Of a stretch of 64,000 nucleotides of DNA, positions 52,601 to 60,092 are shown one piece after another. Under the pieces are notes generated by a model. The model was not told the DNA's origin. It searched no databases and saw only the letters and a list, made by a program, of their open reading frames with translations. This DNA comes from a virus (taxonomy: Duplodnaviria; Caudoviricetes), in the IMG/VR virus record IMGVR_UViG_3300020360_000085, positions 96,001-160,000 of that record; one strand, written 5' to 3'. A program made the translations under genes and the position numbers. How positions within the stretch are numbered: position 1 is the stretch's first letter; each line of letters starts with the position of its first letter.

Positions 52601-55600
52601 TATTAATAATAAATTATTAGGCGGTAGTGGTGCTAGAATATTTTTAACATCAAGTGAAATACCAGATTGTAGCGAACCAGGAGGCGCCAAAAAGGCATTA
52701 GGATTGCCAGATGTAATTTCAGATATAGATGCAGTAGCAGACTTGGCCTCACAAATACAAGCAGGTATTGGTGATGCTGGATATGGTCCAGATGACTTTA
52801 TAGTTGGTGTAACACCTATAAACAAAGATTTATCACAATTAGATATTACAAGTCCAAAATTCGATGGTATAGGAATAGATGAATTAACTCCAGGTACTTT
52901 AGATAAGATAGGATTACCGCCAGGCGACTATAACGTAGCATCGCTATGTATTCAAGCAATTATAGAAACGAGATTAAAAGATGATAATCCTGTAGTACTT
53001 AATAAATTAAACCAACTTGCTGATAATTTAGGTTTAGGATTAAGCACAGACGGCCCTGTAGATGTAATTAAATTACTATGTATTGACACCGTTGGAGATA
53101 ATGATGGCGATAATGGACAAGATGCTATAAGTATTTTTGGAGATGGAGATATTACATTTATTAAAGATTTATTCCAATATGAATTAAGATCATTAACTGG
53201 AGAACCAGTAAATTTATTAAATCAAACAATATCTCAAGAGGCAGATGTATTGTATATGGAAAGTGTACGTTATGGTAAAAATACAGATGTTACTACTGCA
53301 AACACAAATTATGCTACTATAGATTCAAATATAAGCACTTATGCAAATATCTGGATAGACAATTATAATGATACAGGAAAATGGGCATATCTAGAAAATG
53401 GTACAGTTATTAGAGAACAAGAAGATCTTGTAGATCCTAGATTTGTAGATAAGATAATCACATACGATAATGATAGTGGTATCAAGCAACATGATATTCA
53501 CATGTACGATCCATTTAAAGGTGTTATACCAGGATTTATTGAAAACGAAATACATTACATTGGAGAAGAAGATCCTGTAGTTTATAATTTAAGTAGGACT
53601 AACTTCTGTGAACCAGAAATGATAGGTAAAGTTTGGTGGGATACAAGTACAATTAGATATAATTGGTATGAACAAGGTAGTACTAGAGATAGATGGCTTA
53701 ATTGGGGTAGTAGTTTCCCTGGCAGTACTATTAGTTTATATGAATGGACAAAATCTAATGTACCACCACAAGAATGGACACTATCAGGTACACCAAGAAA
53801 CACATTTATTGTTAAATCTGAAATAGATCCTACATCAGGATTAGTTGTAGATTACTATTACTACTGGGTAAGAAATAAAAAAGTTTTATTAGATTTTGTT
53901 AAAGACATTCAAAACAGGAAATATTCTACATTTACTTTAGCAACTTATCTTGCTGAACCTTTAAATTATGGTATTAACATGATTAGTTTTGTAGATAATA
54001 AATCGTTTGTTTTACATAATATTGCACAAATTTTAAATGACAACAACGATAACTTGCAAATTAATTTTAGTAGGAATAAAAATCCAAATGGTAAAAAACA
54101 TGACTCTTGGCTACTTGCCAGAAAAGGAGATAATAACAGTTTAATACCTCAAGATTTATCAGATAAGATTATAGACAGTTTATGTGGATATGATGCCTTA
54201 GGCGAGTCAGTACCTGATTCAAAATTAAGCGAAGTACAAAAGTATGGATCATCTTTTAGACCTAGACAAACAATGTTTAAAAATGTTAAAGGTGCAAGAC
54301 GTGAAGCAATAGATTATATAAATGGTTTATTTAAAACAATTAAAATGAATACTGAATTTAATAATTGGAATGAAACATTGTCAACAAGTTCAAACTATTA
54401 CGAATATAAAAATTGGTATGCTGTTAAACGTATTAATCCAACAACAAAACTTTACGAATATTATGATGAAACTTACAAGCCTGTGTACAGAATAAACAGT
54501 ACCACAGACTTTAAATCTTTAAAAGATTTAAGAGATGGCTCAGTAGTCCAAGTAAAAGGTAGTGATTCAGAAACTAGTAAAATTTACATATATGATGGTA
54601 ATACTGATACTTTTAAACTTATTAGTATAGAAAATGAAATAATACAGATAAAAGATTCAGCATTTACAGATAATACAAATACAATGCTTGATACTGAATT
54701 AAGAAGTATTTTAAATATTATTAAAAATGATTCATTTAATGATTATTCGCATTGGAATAAATTATTCTTCCGATTACTAGAATATGCATATGGAGAACAA
54801 AGCGGATTAGATTGGGCATTCAAAACAAGTTATGTTTATGTAGAAAAAGAAGAAACAGATCTAATAAAATTTAAAGGATTTAAACCAGATAATTTTGATA
54901 AAGTTTTAGAATACATGAACGAGGCAAAACCTTTTACAAGTAAAATTAGAGAATATAAAGATGGTAAGCAAACGCCTATTGAGTACATAAAAGATCAAAT
55001 GATTAGTGATTTTGATAAACCGCCTTATGCAGATTTAGTAACAGGTACAGTAAGAATTTTAGACGATAATACTGCCTCAGACCAGCAAATAATGTCTAAT
55101 AGCAATATGCATAAGCAGTATTATAGTATTTCTAATAAAAGTGAATCACCTATAAGACAAGGTAAAACAACATTAGCATTTGATAGAACAAACTGGCAAC
55201 CTACACAATTTGAATGGAATCCTAATAATGAATCTGCAAATTCTAGTATAGCAACTAATATTGCATGGTTAAAATCAGGCAGTAATATAGATGTTGCAAG
55301 TGCAGGAAATGTTAGGGCAATAGATAAAATTATTAAATTTAATCCTACAAATATAACAACATTTACAAACGAAATGGAAACATACTTGTCAGGACAAGGT
55401 TACACATCTGGGTCTGGATCTAATGTAACATTAATTAGTAATGCAACTATATTATTAAGTGCCATAGAAGCAGGTGGCTTAGACAAAACCTTAAACGATG
55501 CCAGAAATAAAGTAGGTGGTAATTTTATTGGTGACGTATTAGACGCAAATGTGTTTACTAAAGTAGTTGAGGGATATGATCCATCACTAGATTACCAGTC

Positions 55601-56348
55601 ATTCTTCGGATATGATTCAGAAGCATTTGATAGTTTAGCAAGTGATATAAGTGCTGAAGTTATAAACTATTCAGGTACATTTGATAGTTCTTTAATTAAC
55701 TTTAGGAGAAATGATCAAACATATGAAGGATTCGACGGTGCAACATTTAGCAGAATGCTATATGGAGAAGACAGGCCGGAAGAACTTATACAAATAGATC
55801 CTAAAGAAAACTTTGTTATTACTGTTACTACAAGTCCGTATGCTAATGCTGATTCAAGCAGTAACATTGTTGTTGCAAACGCACAACAGGTTGTTTATAG
55901 AGTGCATAGAGATATGGAAGGATCTTCACAGTTCTTAAGAATTAGAACAAGTACTACACTAACTGCTAATTTAACAACAGAAGACAGAACCATTAGTGTA
56001 GCAAATGCAAGTGTTTTACCAAGACCTACATTAGGAAAACCTGGTGTGCTTTGGGTAGAATCAGAAAGGATAACATATAAGGAAAGAGATACTTCAAGTA
56101 ATATAATTAGTGGAATTACAAGAGGAACAAGGGGAACAACAGCAGAAGATCATATTGTAACAGACGAATCAGGTGCAACAGTAACTATTAATGTTTATGA
56201 TGGTTCAACTGATCAGGAGTTTACAGATTTAGTTGGACAACCAGAAAGTAATAGTTTCTTTGATGCTGGTGCTGTAAGTTTAACAGACTTTGATAGTGCA
56301 AACGCAAGTAGTGTTAGCAGTATTATGAAGTTCCTACATGACAAATAA
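37638..56348 (+). CDS. Giant baseplate/virion structural protein (gp7-like position), 6236 aa
   Basis: Uninterrupted 18.7-kb ORF coupled to gp6. Contains many GxGY beta-rich repeats, a YHYH-like module and a C-terminal ESERITY...GITRGTRGT motif. Confidence 0.8.
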   Translation: MAEKLFKKLPDILQTSAVKNFFDSTVEQLFSPANVEVINGYVGKQKSEDYNVQGAFIRESTANRLHYALTPAINTLNSNTGVSENFIFYDELVDTIKVSGVNTINHNKIFSTDYQTFLPPIDIDKFVNFQEYYWSNNDLDALVVSGTLSNPIDIDLDIIGKKSFTSPNNITLKNGMCVNFSGEFVIPQNKTGIDYYVEGVGESIQLIPKIQNVATGYSTATLTTWDNTIFTELDSNVKHTAGNIISVNIDNAGKGYLNPTVQFTGSNTTLATATANNDISGSVSDVTVTANGLGYSAPIGIVVTGTAVSTGINAGNTFVSELNEDQSTRLTPYNKIAINDSSNIFLNQEVIVNNERTTVTSLSNSSIISINNITNGYDTNRTAGIYTVSGSSGGSGTGQNFSITVYSETKIQNFVNVNDQKSTWSSNTTIVNARTSITKTGLATTGGTGSGATVDVVYNADANITVSINNPGLGYRRGDTLTVAGNLIDGVSGPNLTFDVLEVEKPLGIRTLGNITSGGSPVDGNYLIDMANTVVSGNVSTSGSGKDAIFNVTVSSGNATIVIEDGGIDFVEGDTLEINGNVINSSATSNISFTVDNVIAPGDTTIDILNGGTGHAVADTITITDADLGSGGGTNLSFGVARSGNVLGLADTVNLDQGSNLSVQFIASGFEATVRTDMYNFTSNSSGTFTTGVSSMALAGVDPNTGDFYLGGNPDNALNYGWDLDEDGDGTGDAVWGGRTSQANPDYNVIKRGAKNRNIWSRVNFWHHKQNFLDANVSVPEQQYRAVRPIIEFNNNLELYNHGSNFIGEILVVEKTRTINDLNGAPVSILVDGSPLAVGATIVFPNESTVNSKFVYKVSHSNATIQLNKVGDPNLNPAGAEEGDGNFVPLEFAEGDVVNVKAGETVIGTEWYYTNGKLLQAQEKTKLHQAPLFTLYNDSGNYLGNTSVYDKTDFIGNKIFNYKIGSGTNDSILGFPLSYKQFYSSSEIEFENYLETNRTIFTENNAKTEVPGYYYFKTTDSNYHTNWLSSNEKSRQPIKTFYYIDRFDVNDENLIYFVGCLPDVKLNTPSGYDIIVEQNGNIISDYTYTEKGLIKFNSFTFNENDVIEITAYSKTGLISERSISKYNIPISWDRNTQKLDIKNISEPEYLTHFSNYMKYTNNFSGESLGSNNFKDLEKTTSSATDIIKTDENLILGAFLLDDKPHNLLNAIEFNHKEYIRYKNRLASEVTKYLDTVNPDEYSNEFILEKVLRNVISYSVGNDVFQQSYTIPFGDNYVQEEKIINSLNDTSYTLSNYYDFSLIENTVQVYKKRGTEVELLDIDIDYTLTSNATASTNVIAPTSTLDLQLADTLIYKIYNKERDSAECPPTPSVLGLYPLHEPQIYTDNSFDSPIEVLVGHDGSKTATKGNREDQILLEFEKRIFNSAKKEFRQANSLPELSVFDVRAGKFREDYLTHSEWYDLMRSNFTSWARENKVDFVKNEFYDNNKEFTWNYRGNLTIPGYWRGWYEYYYDTVNPHTNPWEMLGFFEKPSWWDTQYITTTYTNYGSNNTPMWEDIESGLIRQGPRENLTDNSYKTDNKFARSGLKNLLPVDSNATLKSPYNIDTTGSTTRAEVYTNTIGNTSIGYNTTSFLNVDGVNVRFDSSNVYISNKNLPNYDLSKIDTSDGSLPWKALEFSYAIPRVNLNSITESNTSLNSDRIGVLVNGLTLHNPNSGTTYDNGGNWTYNTGFRQKTNRSNGIISTTDNQGVVTTTVPTSDMSNSTVWGNSTSHSGIIGWAFDGLPIYGPYGYTSYHANGSVNDNSITNIKSSFEIKPGARTSHPNGAHTGLFLEDYQYSASLASQPGRTGKFNTRYGVTPDSPSTPVRFYVATIDDNSEPMFPYAVGGGTTSDNTYNGSYFATPLDTTNNNKGTVIEPSSVTGAVSSSFAITLENTAVDLDNEWVFGDGAPVENAWKYSSSYPFAITTALLLSKPGKFATVFADPIRQVNSKLGGIATIDVTSRRTWQYNNSDNFVIHGTFDNDNNFLTNIGYTQFIKSWLNYQNFNISSEFRDPLLTVNTKLSHRMAGFVDSDTATIKSDQYSTTGNATSLIIPIENRNISIHDSGYKTRNNYSGIIIEKIEDGYKVKGFDTSLSYFNILESNKLGASQTVERGGVPADYVNWSSNKAYPYNTIVQYLGVYYQAKDDILASDSFITTQWTRLPALPQVNGIRGVFYAESTGIVKRVDYNSEFTTAQDVFDLLVSIGRYQESIGYDFGDFDSTINAVKNWNYSAEQFLFWVSGGWEIGNTLELSPGSSKISFNKDIEFVSEVKRVDKNQFSILDQDGIAINPKECEIIRDGNKFELTPPIGKQIYNITLYTKQIEHVLSLDNITEFNDTLYNDLYNQKLERLFIKGKRTLGWEGRLSSEGFVIDGGELQPNIDNITSTMGDYHRLGFIPVDKQIYNVSRGLIGFENKPYLTELGIVDDDQVEFYKGMIQSKGTLDSISKILNSNAIVQGNVSIYDEWALSAGSFGDLDNNQSIELRLEKQEIAQDPQLVKLEFPEDITGIVNEIVITERNTSYFEVPEIEISAPTKDPKKQANAVASIKSDGTIDTITITEQGSGYEEGNTSLTVLTSNLNVSKNTTTFNYVSALSSANFPVANVTGIANITIIDHFASNTSAQTIDLSAVTDVANVVTAINNNGVTNANISATAIQDGSNTVQHVLQINGSDFTLGGSGLANLNITGARYQPRQRYGIITANNTVVSDVVVAVEDVNVPRTEGNVTYWEYDAGDRFQFTTSTLTISGSYDVDISSLTGLLNSSSVLADENINLVEGQYLYIDVYVNGNKLENTPSQSQYSVPNNTTVRISDVTNLTEGNISPNANIYIVEKATVDFTDSYQGDVPASNLTIKVQNNEGFSVQLGSKRIFEITPDIKNDEIITIDIDDNKRFLKKPSGIRTNQIWPATSNIDYTGVKDPEYNKIPNAGYVDRKQVTYQSFGVIDLPQLFSNDRIFKPSANNLIHVAKSENKDWNVYKLREPNDEGISFIEQEGIDDTAYLYTTVDLFNYVDSNQLQQADLSRFLDYTLMVKNVEISDNVVFWTNQEVVDKKSALIKNFGAISIIQSNVNTVGVSNTSPFYNEFTALAPAPRSKFVGDIVKADANNVVTMSTEINTIKNGDQIELLDMGNTNTTHNATSLQHLDTANATSGSAGAIYDSKITITASNSANVSKIVSNLTEVEIAFTGANVGDYASSEVTNLRYVPSNVDYANGTFDIHTDDINFQSYFGNVANSTITGVTNAISSVAFTVFEKSNVHLQTVTASNVNLGAGTFTFLQSNVTANASNILGRLLSKTKFTVEQHNFSTGEIIKVLSNNIRGYYQVESAGLDTFVLNVPYHANLSSTGYILTPGLHIKTSEDHNIPVDYNGKRVMIHQAENPYYNQVYKVSYVKSNTEIVCEDVYAWNAMETDVSPSYTATVDGAVTKSNKIKLDLASVPRQIGRMMIVTGTGITTRVIVTNIDNVFKNGEFTVDQELTLADGITLTFEKECVMTTLDHNVVKLNNTSIRIDDITSPQGILESINKTQTIKSGIINQRGNQFGLGIPMLRKPNLPDGTPYSSFAGKSPYVRNEDLSESLTEGLVKTGHIKINTDTSSYKPFQKNAVVDNISTRYGNNFIPNNNYGGTGSTINNYIGQPNYYGGSGDVTQTGNRGQQYAKSPGAVVDIPVFSPDIDNTNLNAGKDTQSPIFTGQALEDAPDKRCGPDACATRNFRGKPLNEVKGSGPIQWGVTNFAIASAGTITVSGSITGSGHGKRLWTSDYSGYYSPAGQVGGTANGGITKRAIAGAKTWSDNGSTKSFNLPVKVTESGIIYLHAYQSGRGGYNTSTVSVATTSGNVTIDTTSVIAKYIGKEGQIDGPSNGVIRVAMEAGSEIMITGTSKGGGNHWHSCEVHVSGARNGLSRLSERIENANNNSGTGTPAGVGSGDFTLHHYSDEKGVREIEEFYFETPGSGTAVILFEHYSGYDAIQVFQGHDKGSTSTVIAESEAGQLRRLTNDERQELKNQFAVNKGGTMTGSGNYANIDYDNHNLGAPTKSSPHLGNRNVAVAYAGALEFSIDSTQGTHIMVRVPKNSYVFDHIIKLPNGTPPPDDPGQDPNPVVPCGQNASIPSGPGDTTTQPPGGNTSGTGGSTGNPNTGGGNNSGSTTPVNNPGGASGGSVAQNHTNSSAIIGSNANGPYVSPATQTLVANNVLNITKKQGAYSSFSGIFGHGRSSLQKNNYNIQYFAQTSGFYRPPMTGLAFVPSIFRKTVKTVTQTNYGVPISLASGRYVNNQVQKISGGFVVPLAQRLTSNIPLQSRPLRNLDARELPYYNALDANKAAFEQGGMFHKFTPKKISGDYNLGNGTFLDITGMELTGADMGFGLGELLYYSQPYNGIGIDDDAPVDTMPVTPPDDAYPVQGGTVIMDDPDIRYNPNMQIILQPKIGNQNGGPPITIPLYKPKPGHTLDLSNLSGLDPEDTITINGRTVGPFKGTSQSAIMHAINCVDSVGFEAFPIGSDHVRISSCNNVPLTIKEGCSGGIYKEVLDFHINRSFTDQEVSNTAVIGATTNILDANGSVVNTAVSYPYLDVDGGIIGYANSTASSGTVLSSRVVSTGGSGYSVGDRLRLLGGTPIKDPFTGVAEICIKNPGAGYSLPENIVVTIGDGSTPGRNATVSKVIFDSNNGIEKVVLASGGEEYDVNRPPKVTIQDLGQIGLPTTYSNALSRGDVIRWEDHGITALGSIGSIEANIVAGEYFINDVATNENVSYSANSDKLESKKASFKITITETDGVKSANVDIVSAGNYWEVGQTFAIKAKEFNNVEGADFTFNIAATFPNMLFYGQLTQDSTDIDKLGDALQLGIISIKNGILQPQQAKLEAVLQNSPSAQIPRVAKFEVTSVDPIGGITSVKILDRGIYKVFPSDLTNGLPLEYDHVLLGDEAGFNADGTVYSGGSGLGQYNPLDLSSLSSPGNYDPINNKLLGGSGARIFLTSSEIPDCSEPGGAKKALGLPDVISDIDAVADLASQIQAGIGDAGYGPDDFIVGVTPINKDLSQLDITSPKFDGIGIDELTPGTLDKIGLPPGDYNVASLCIQAIIETRLKDDNPVVLNKLNQLADNLGLGLSTDGPVDVIKLLCIDTVGDNDGDNGQDAISIFGDGDITFIKDLFQYELRSLTGEPVNLLNQTISQEADVLYMESVRYGKNTDVTTANTNYATIDSNISTYANIWIDNYNDTGKWAYLENGTVIREQEDLVDPRFVDKIITYDNDSGIKQHDIHMYDPFKGVIPGFIENEIHYIGEEDPVVYNLSRTNFCEPEMIGKVWWDTSTIRYNWYEQGSTRDRWLNWGSSFPGSTISLYEWTKSNVPPQEWTLSGTPRNTFIVKSEIDPTSGLVVDYYYYWVRNKKVLLDFVKDIQNRKYSTFTLATYLAEPLNYGINMISFVDNKSFVLHNIAQILNDNNDNLQINFSRNKNPNGKKHDSWLLARKGDNNSLIPQDLSDKIIDSLCGYDALGESVPDSKLSEVQKYGSSFRPRQTMFKNVKGARREAIDYINGLFKTIKMNTEFNNWNETLSTSSNYYEYKNWYAVKRINPTTKLYEYYDETYKPVYRINSTTDFKSLKDLRDGSVVQVKGSDSETSKIYIYDGNTDTFKLISIENEIIQIKDSAFTDNTNTMLDTELRSILNIIKNDSFNDYSHWNKLFFRLLEYAYGEQSGLDWAFKTSYVYVEKEETDLIKFKGFKPDNFDKVLEYMNEAKPFTSKIREYKDGKQTPIEYIKDQMISDFDKPPYADLVTGTVRILDDNTASDQQIMSNSNMHKQYYSISNKSESPIRQGKTTLAFDRTNWQPTQFEWNPNNESANSSIATNIAWLKSGSNIDVASAGNVRAIDKIIKFNPTNITTFTNEMETYLSGQGYTSGSGSNVTLISNATILLSAIEAGGLDKTLNDARNKVGGNFIGDVLDANVFTKVVEGYDPSLDYQSFFGYDSEAFDSLASDISAEVINYSGTFDSSLINFRRNDQTYEGFDGATFSRMLYGEDRPEELIQIDPKENFVITVTTSPYANADSSSNIVVANAQQVVYRVHRDMEGSSQFLRIRTSTTLTANLTTEDRTISVANASVLPRPTLGKPGVLWVESERITYKERDTSSNIISGITRGTRGTTAEDHIVTDESGATVTINVYDGSTDQEFTDLVGQPESNSFFDAGAVSLTDFDSANASSVSSIMKFLHDK

Positions 56349-56351
56349 TAA

Positions 56352-56379
56352 AACTAGTTATTAATGAAAGTGATAAATA
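56352..56379 (+). promoter_or_regulatory. Extended late promoter 5 nt upstream of ATG
   Basis: AACTAGTTATTAATGAAAGTGATAAATA-gttac-ATG(56385). Confidence 0.6.
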
Positions 56380-56384
56380 GTTAC

Positions 56385-57029
56385 ATGAGCAAAGATATGA
56401 ACCAAGAAGTAGATAATAAAGATACAACATTAGAGAGCCAAGCATTAGATAATGTAGGCTTGAACGTTAGTGGGCATATTTTAATTAAAGATAAAGACAC
56501 AGGCGAAGTTCTTGTTGATAAACGTAATGCTATACACTACGGTAATATGGCATATATAGTAGCACAGGCACTAAACGGATTTAATACAGAAAATGCATTT
56601 ATAGACAGAATAGCATTTGGAAATGGTGCAACTAGTGTTGATACTGCTGGTAAAATTTTATATAAAACACCTAAAGTGAATGAGGCATATGAAAATTCAG
56701 CAGGATTATATAGTAGAACTTTTGAAAAAAGATTAAATCCTTCAACTACTGATACATCTATATCAACAGTTGTAGGCTCCTCACACACAGACATAAAAGT
56801 AACATGTACATTAGGTTATAATGAGCCTAGTGATGCTGACTTGTTTGATACAGCAACAAATAATGAGGGAAATTATGTATTTGATGAACTAGGTTTATTT
56901 ACATATCCAACAGATGGAAGTGATATAGACACTAGTACTATGCTTACACATGTAATTTTCCACCCTGTACAAAAAAGTCAAAATAGAAAAATTGAAATAG
57001 TTTATACTGTAAGGGTTCAGTTAAGTTAG
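56385..57029 (+). CDS. Baseplate/fibre attachment structural protein
   Basis: YVFDELGL and LTHVIFHPVQKS.NR.IEIVYTVRVQ motifs; located between the giant wedge gene and the fibre genes. Confidence 0.55.
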   Translation: MSKDMNQEVDNKDTTLESQALDNVGLNVSGHILIKDKDTGEVLVDKRNAIHYGNMAYIVAQALNGFNTENAFIDRIAFGNGATSVDTAGKILYKTPKVNEAYENSAGLYSRTFEKRLNPSTTDTSISTVVGSSHTDIKVTCTLGYNEPSDADLFDTATNNEGNYVFDELGLFTYPTDGSDIDTSTMLTHVIFHPVQKSQNRKIEIVYTVRVQLS

Positions 57030-57039
57030 AGGATAAAAG

Positions 57040-58890
57040 ATGGCATATACAATTACAAATTCAGATAATAGTAGGACAATAACTGTCCAAGATACTACTG
57101 TCGATACCACCTATGCCTTAAAGTTAATCGGAAGAAATGTATCAGGATATGGCCAGTATTTTGTAGAAAATACTGTAAGACATCTTGAAAACTTCGCTAG
57201 TACCACGTCACCATCTGGTGAAAAATTAACTGGGCAACTTTGGTACGATAAAACAGAAAATATAATGAAGTACTGGAATGGTACTGTTTGGAAAAGAGCA
57301 ACTAATATAATTGTTGATTCAAGTTCACCTAGCAGTTCAAATGCAGGTGATATGTACTTTAATACAGGTAATAGTAAATTATTTGTTTATAATGGTACAG
57401 CATTTAAACCATCATCTTATGCAGGTGAGGTTACTAATTTATATAATGCAACATCAGGTGTTGGGTCTCCAAGCAATTATGGAACAAAATTAAGAAATAT
57501 TTATTTAACAGATTCTGGAGGAAATCCTAAACCTGTTTTAGCATTATGTTACGTCAGTGATGGTACAGTTAATGGTGGTGCAACTACTACTGCTGATGGT
57601 AAAGAAACACTTATGGCTATCTTCAGTGACCATTCAGAGTTCGTTGTAGGTAGTGCAGATAGTTCTTCAGATTCTGAAAATATAAATTACTTTACAGAAT
57701 TAGGAGCAACTGGTGGTATAGGAACAACTATTAAACCAGGTATGAACTTAAGAACAGAATATGCCGCAACAGCCGTAGCATTGGCAGAAAGAGCATATAA
57801 GTCCGATACAACATACAAAATAAATTTAGGTAATATAGGATCTCCAGGTGCAAACGTAGACGCAGGTTCTATTATTACAACATTAGGAAGTTATATTCCA
57901 ACTACAGACGATGCCTTTACATTAGGACAGGCAGACAAGAAATTTGCAGATACATTTACAGGAGCAATTACAATTGGTGATGGCTCATCAGGTTTAGTTA
58001 AAGCAAATGGTAGTGTTGATATTGGTGAATCTGGAACAAGATTTGCTAATGGTTACTTTACAAATATAGATGTTAGTGGTAATGTTACATTTGGAGCAGG
58101 AACACAAAACTTAGGAACAAGTGGAGCACCAGTAGAAAACTTCTTTACTGCAAATGCAACTGTAACAACAAGTTTAACAATGGGTTCAGGTGGAACAGCA
58201 TACACGTTCCCTGTAACTGATGGCTCAGCAAATCAGGCTCTTGTTACTAATGGTTCTGGAACAGTAAGTTTTGGAGATGTTGCTTTATCTTCAACAGACT
58301 TTACAGCAGGTGCTGGTCTAACTGGAGGAGGTACTTTAGCATCTAATAGAACATTTGATGTAGGTGCAGGTAGTTATATTGTAGTTGCCGCAGATTCAGT
58401 TAGTGCAGATGCAACAACGGCCGCAACAGCAAACAAATTAGTTGCTAGAGATGGTGCAGGAAATGTTGCCGCAAATTATTTTGTTGGTACAGCAACAGCG
58501 GCTCAATATGCTGACTTGGCTGAGAAATACATGGCAGATGCTCCTTACGAGCCTGGAACTGTAGTAGTTATAGGTGGAAGTGCTGAAGTTACAGTATCCA
58601 GTAAAGAAAACGATCCAAGTATTGCAGGTATTGTTAGTACAGCACCAGCACACTTAATGAATGAAGGTTTAGAAGGCGATAATGCAGTAGCAGTAGCATT
58701 ACGTGGACGTGTTCCATGTAAAGTTATAGGTGTTGTAAGAAAAGGAGATGTACTAATACAAAGTTCCACAGAGGGACACGCCAAGGCGGCACCTTTTAGA
58801 GGGTATCAGGCACCGGCGGCTTGTATAATAGGTAAGTCTTTAGAAACAAAGTCAACACCAGACGCAGGTGTAGTAGAAGTATTAGTTTAA
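57040..58890 (+). CDS. Baseplate-attached tail fibre with C-terminal intramolecular chaperone
   Basis: ENTVRHLENFA...GQLWYD N-terminal motif and AQYADLAEKYMADAPYEPGTV C-terminal domain. Confidence 0.8.
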   Translation: MAYTITNSDNSRTITVQDTTVDTTYALKLIGRNVSGYGQYFVENTVRHLENFASTTSPSGEKLTGQLWYDKTENIMKYWNGTVWKRATNIIVDSSSPSSSNAGDMYFNTGNSKLFVYNGTAFKPSSYAGEVTNLYNATSGVGSPSNYGTKLRNIYLTDSGGNPKPVLALCYVSDGTVNGGATTTADGKETLMAIFSDHSEFVVGSADSSSDSENINYFTELGATGGIGTTIKPGMNLRTEYAATAVALAERAYKSDTTYKINLGNIGSPGANVDAGSIITTLGSYIPTTDDAFTLGQADKKFADTFTGAITIGDGSSGLVKANGSVDIGESGTRFANGYFTNIDVSGNVTFGAGTQNLGTSGAPVENFFTANATVTTSLTMGSGGTAYTFPVTDGSANQALVTNGSGTVSFGDVALSSTDFTAGAGLTGGGTLASNRTFDVGAGSYIVVAADSVSADATTAATANKLVARDGAGNVAANYFVGTATAAQYADLAEKYMADAPYEPGTVVVIGGSAEVTVSSKENDPSIAGIVSTAPAHLMNEGLEGDNAVAVALRGRVPCKVIGVVRKGDVLIQSSTEGHAKAAPFRGYQAPAACIIGKSLETKSTPDAGVVEVLV

Positions 58891-58905
58891 TAAAATTAAA
58901 TTTAA

Positions 58906-58913
58906 GATAAATA
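58906..58913 (+). promoter_or_regulatory. Late promoter box GATAAATA
   Basis: Intergenic, upstream of the AGGAG RBS of the gene at 58945. Confidence 0.6.
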
Positions 58914-58944
58914 CAGTTATAGAATACTTATTTAGGAGAACATA

Positions 58945-59991
58945 ATGGCATCAGGAAGTTCAGTTACAATAGACGGCGGAACCAATATGACACAGGTTGT
59001 CGCTGGAGACATTATTGATGATGCAGATTTCAATAATTCTAGAACTAATGTAAACACATTACTTACTACAGCCGCAGATATAACACTTGGTGCAGGAAGT
59101 ATGCCTGCAACAAATACTATATTTGGTTATGGCCAAGGTGGTGCAGGTGTAAATGCCGCAAGTGCAGGTGGTTTAGTATATGCCGATAATGCCACAGGCG
59201 GATTTAAAAAATTACAAGATGATGTACAGGCTCTTTGTGCATTTTTAGGTCAAACAGTAAGAACAGATGTTGGTAGTGATGTTACTAGTTCAACAGTAAT
59301 AGACGATGTAGTTTGGTCAAACACCATGCTTAACATTAAAGACTGTTGGGACAACAGATTTTCTCCTGCAAGTAGAACAAGTGCTACAGGAGATAGTGCT
59401 CAAAGAACATCTGCTTGGACAACCAGTTTAGAAGTTGAAAAAACTTATACATGGGCAAACGAAGGATTATGTAGAGCATATTTTAACGGTGGTGGAAGAA
59501 TTGGAATGAGTGCTAGTAGATCAGGCGGCACAAGTTCAACACAAAATACAGACTGGACTAACTTGTTTAGTGCTATGGGAGATGTTTTCATAGATTATCA
59601 AACAGCAGGTGGTAGTTCAGGAACAAATGCTAATTTAGGATTTTACGAACTATCAACAAGTTATCAATTACTTTGGACAAAATTAGGTTCAGGTGCTTAT
59701 GCTTCTAACTATTTTAAATTATTTGGTAAAGTAAACAGTACAACAAACCCAACAGTGGTTACACTTAAAGCAGAATTAAGTGATCCATATACAGCGGCCG
59801 CGGCCGCGGCCAACGATGGCGCAATAGGACCAGATGGTGTACCAAGTACAGCCGACGATGCAGACGGATATACAGATAGTATTGATGGTACATTAACAAT
59901 TAATGGAAGAACACATACTGCAGATGCAAGTGGTTCAGGATTTAGTTTTACTGCTCCAACAGTATCCAGTGGTAGTATAAGCGGTTCATAA
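58945..59991 (+). CDS. Virion structural protein (fibre-associated)
   Basis: G/S/T/A-rich, with RAYFNGGGRI and YASNY motifs. Follows the fibre gene. Confidence 0.6.
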   Translation: MASGSSVTIDGGTNMTQVVAGDIIDDADFNNSRTNVNTLLTTAADITLGAGSMPATNTIFGYGQGGAGVNAASAGGLVYADNATGGFKKLQDDVQALCAFLGQTVRTDVGSDVTSSTVIDDVVWSNTMLNIKDCWDNRFSPASRTSATGDSAQRTSAWTTSLEVEKTYTWANEGLCRAYFNGGGRIGMSASRSGGTSSTQNTDWTNLFSAMGDVFIDYQTAGGSSGTNANLGFYELSTSYQLLWTKLGSGAYASNYFKLFGKVNSTTNPTVVTLKAELSDPYTAAAAAANDGAIGPDGVPSTADDADGYTDSIDGTLTINGRTHTADASGSGFSFTAPTVSSGSISGS

Positions 59992-60017
59992 GAATAATAG
60001 ACTTTAGTCTCGAGATT

Positions 60018-60047
60018 AAAAGCCAGTTCAAGTAACTGGCTTTTTTT
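60018..60047 (+). terminator. Rho-independent terminator, copy 1
   Basis: AAAAGCCAGTT-CAAGT-AACTGGCTTTT followed by a T-run. Confidence 0.9.
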
Positions 60048-60052
60048 ATGTC

Positions 60053-60060
60053 TATAAATA
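60053..60060 (+). promoter_or_regulatory. Canonical T4-type late promoter TATAAATA
   Basis: Immediately after terminator 1, upstream of DUF805. Confidence 0.65.
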
Positions 60061-60092
60061 AACGTATATTAATCATACACATAAGGAAATAT

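Noticed and set aside
37638-56348. Intein or intron inflating the giant gene or other core genes
   Set aside because: No C/S...HN intein termini or LAGLIDADG motifs were recognised, and there are no frame breaks. The portal, gp46 and gp47 genes are of ordinary length.
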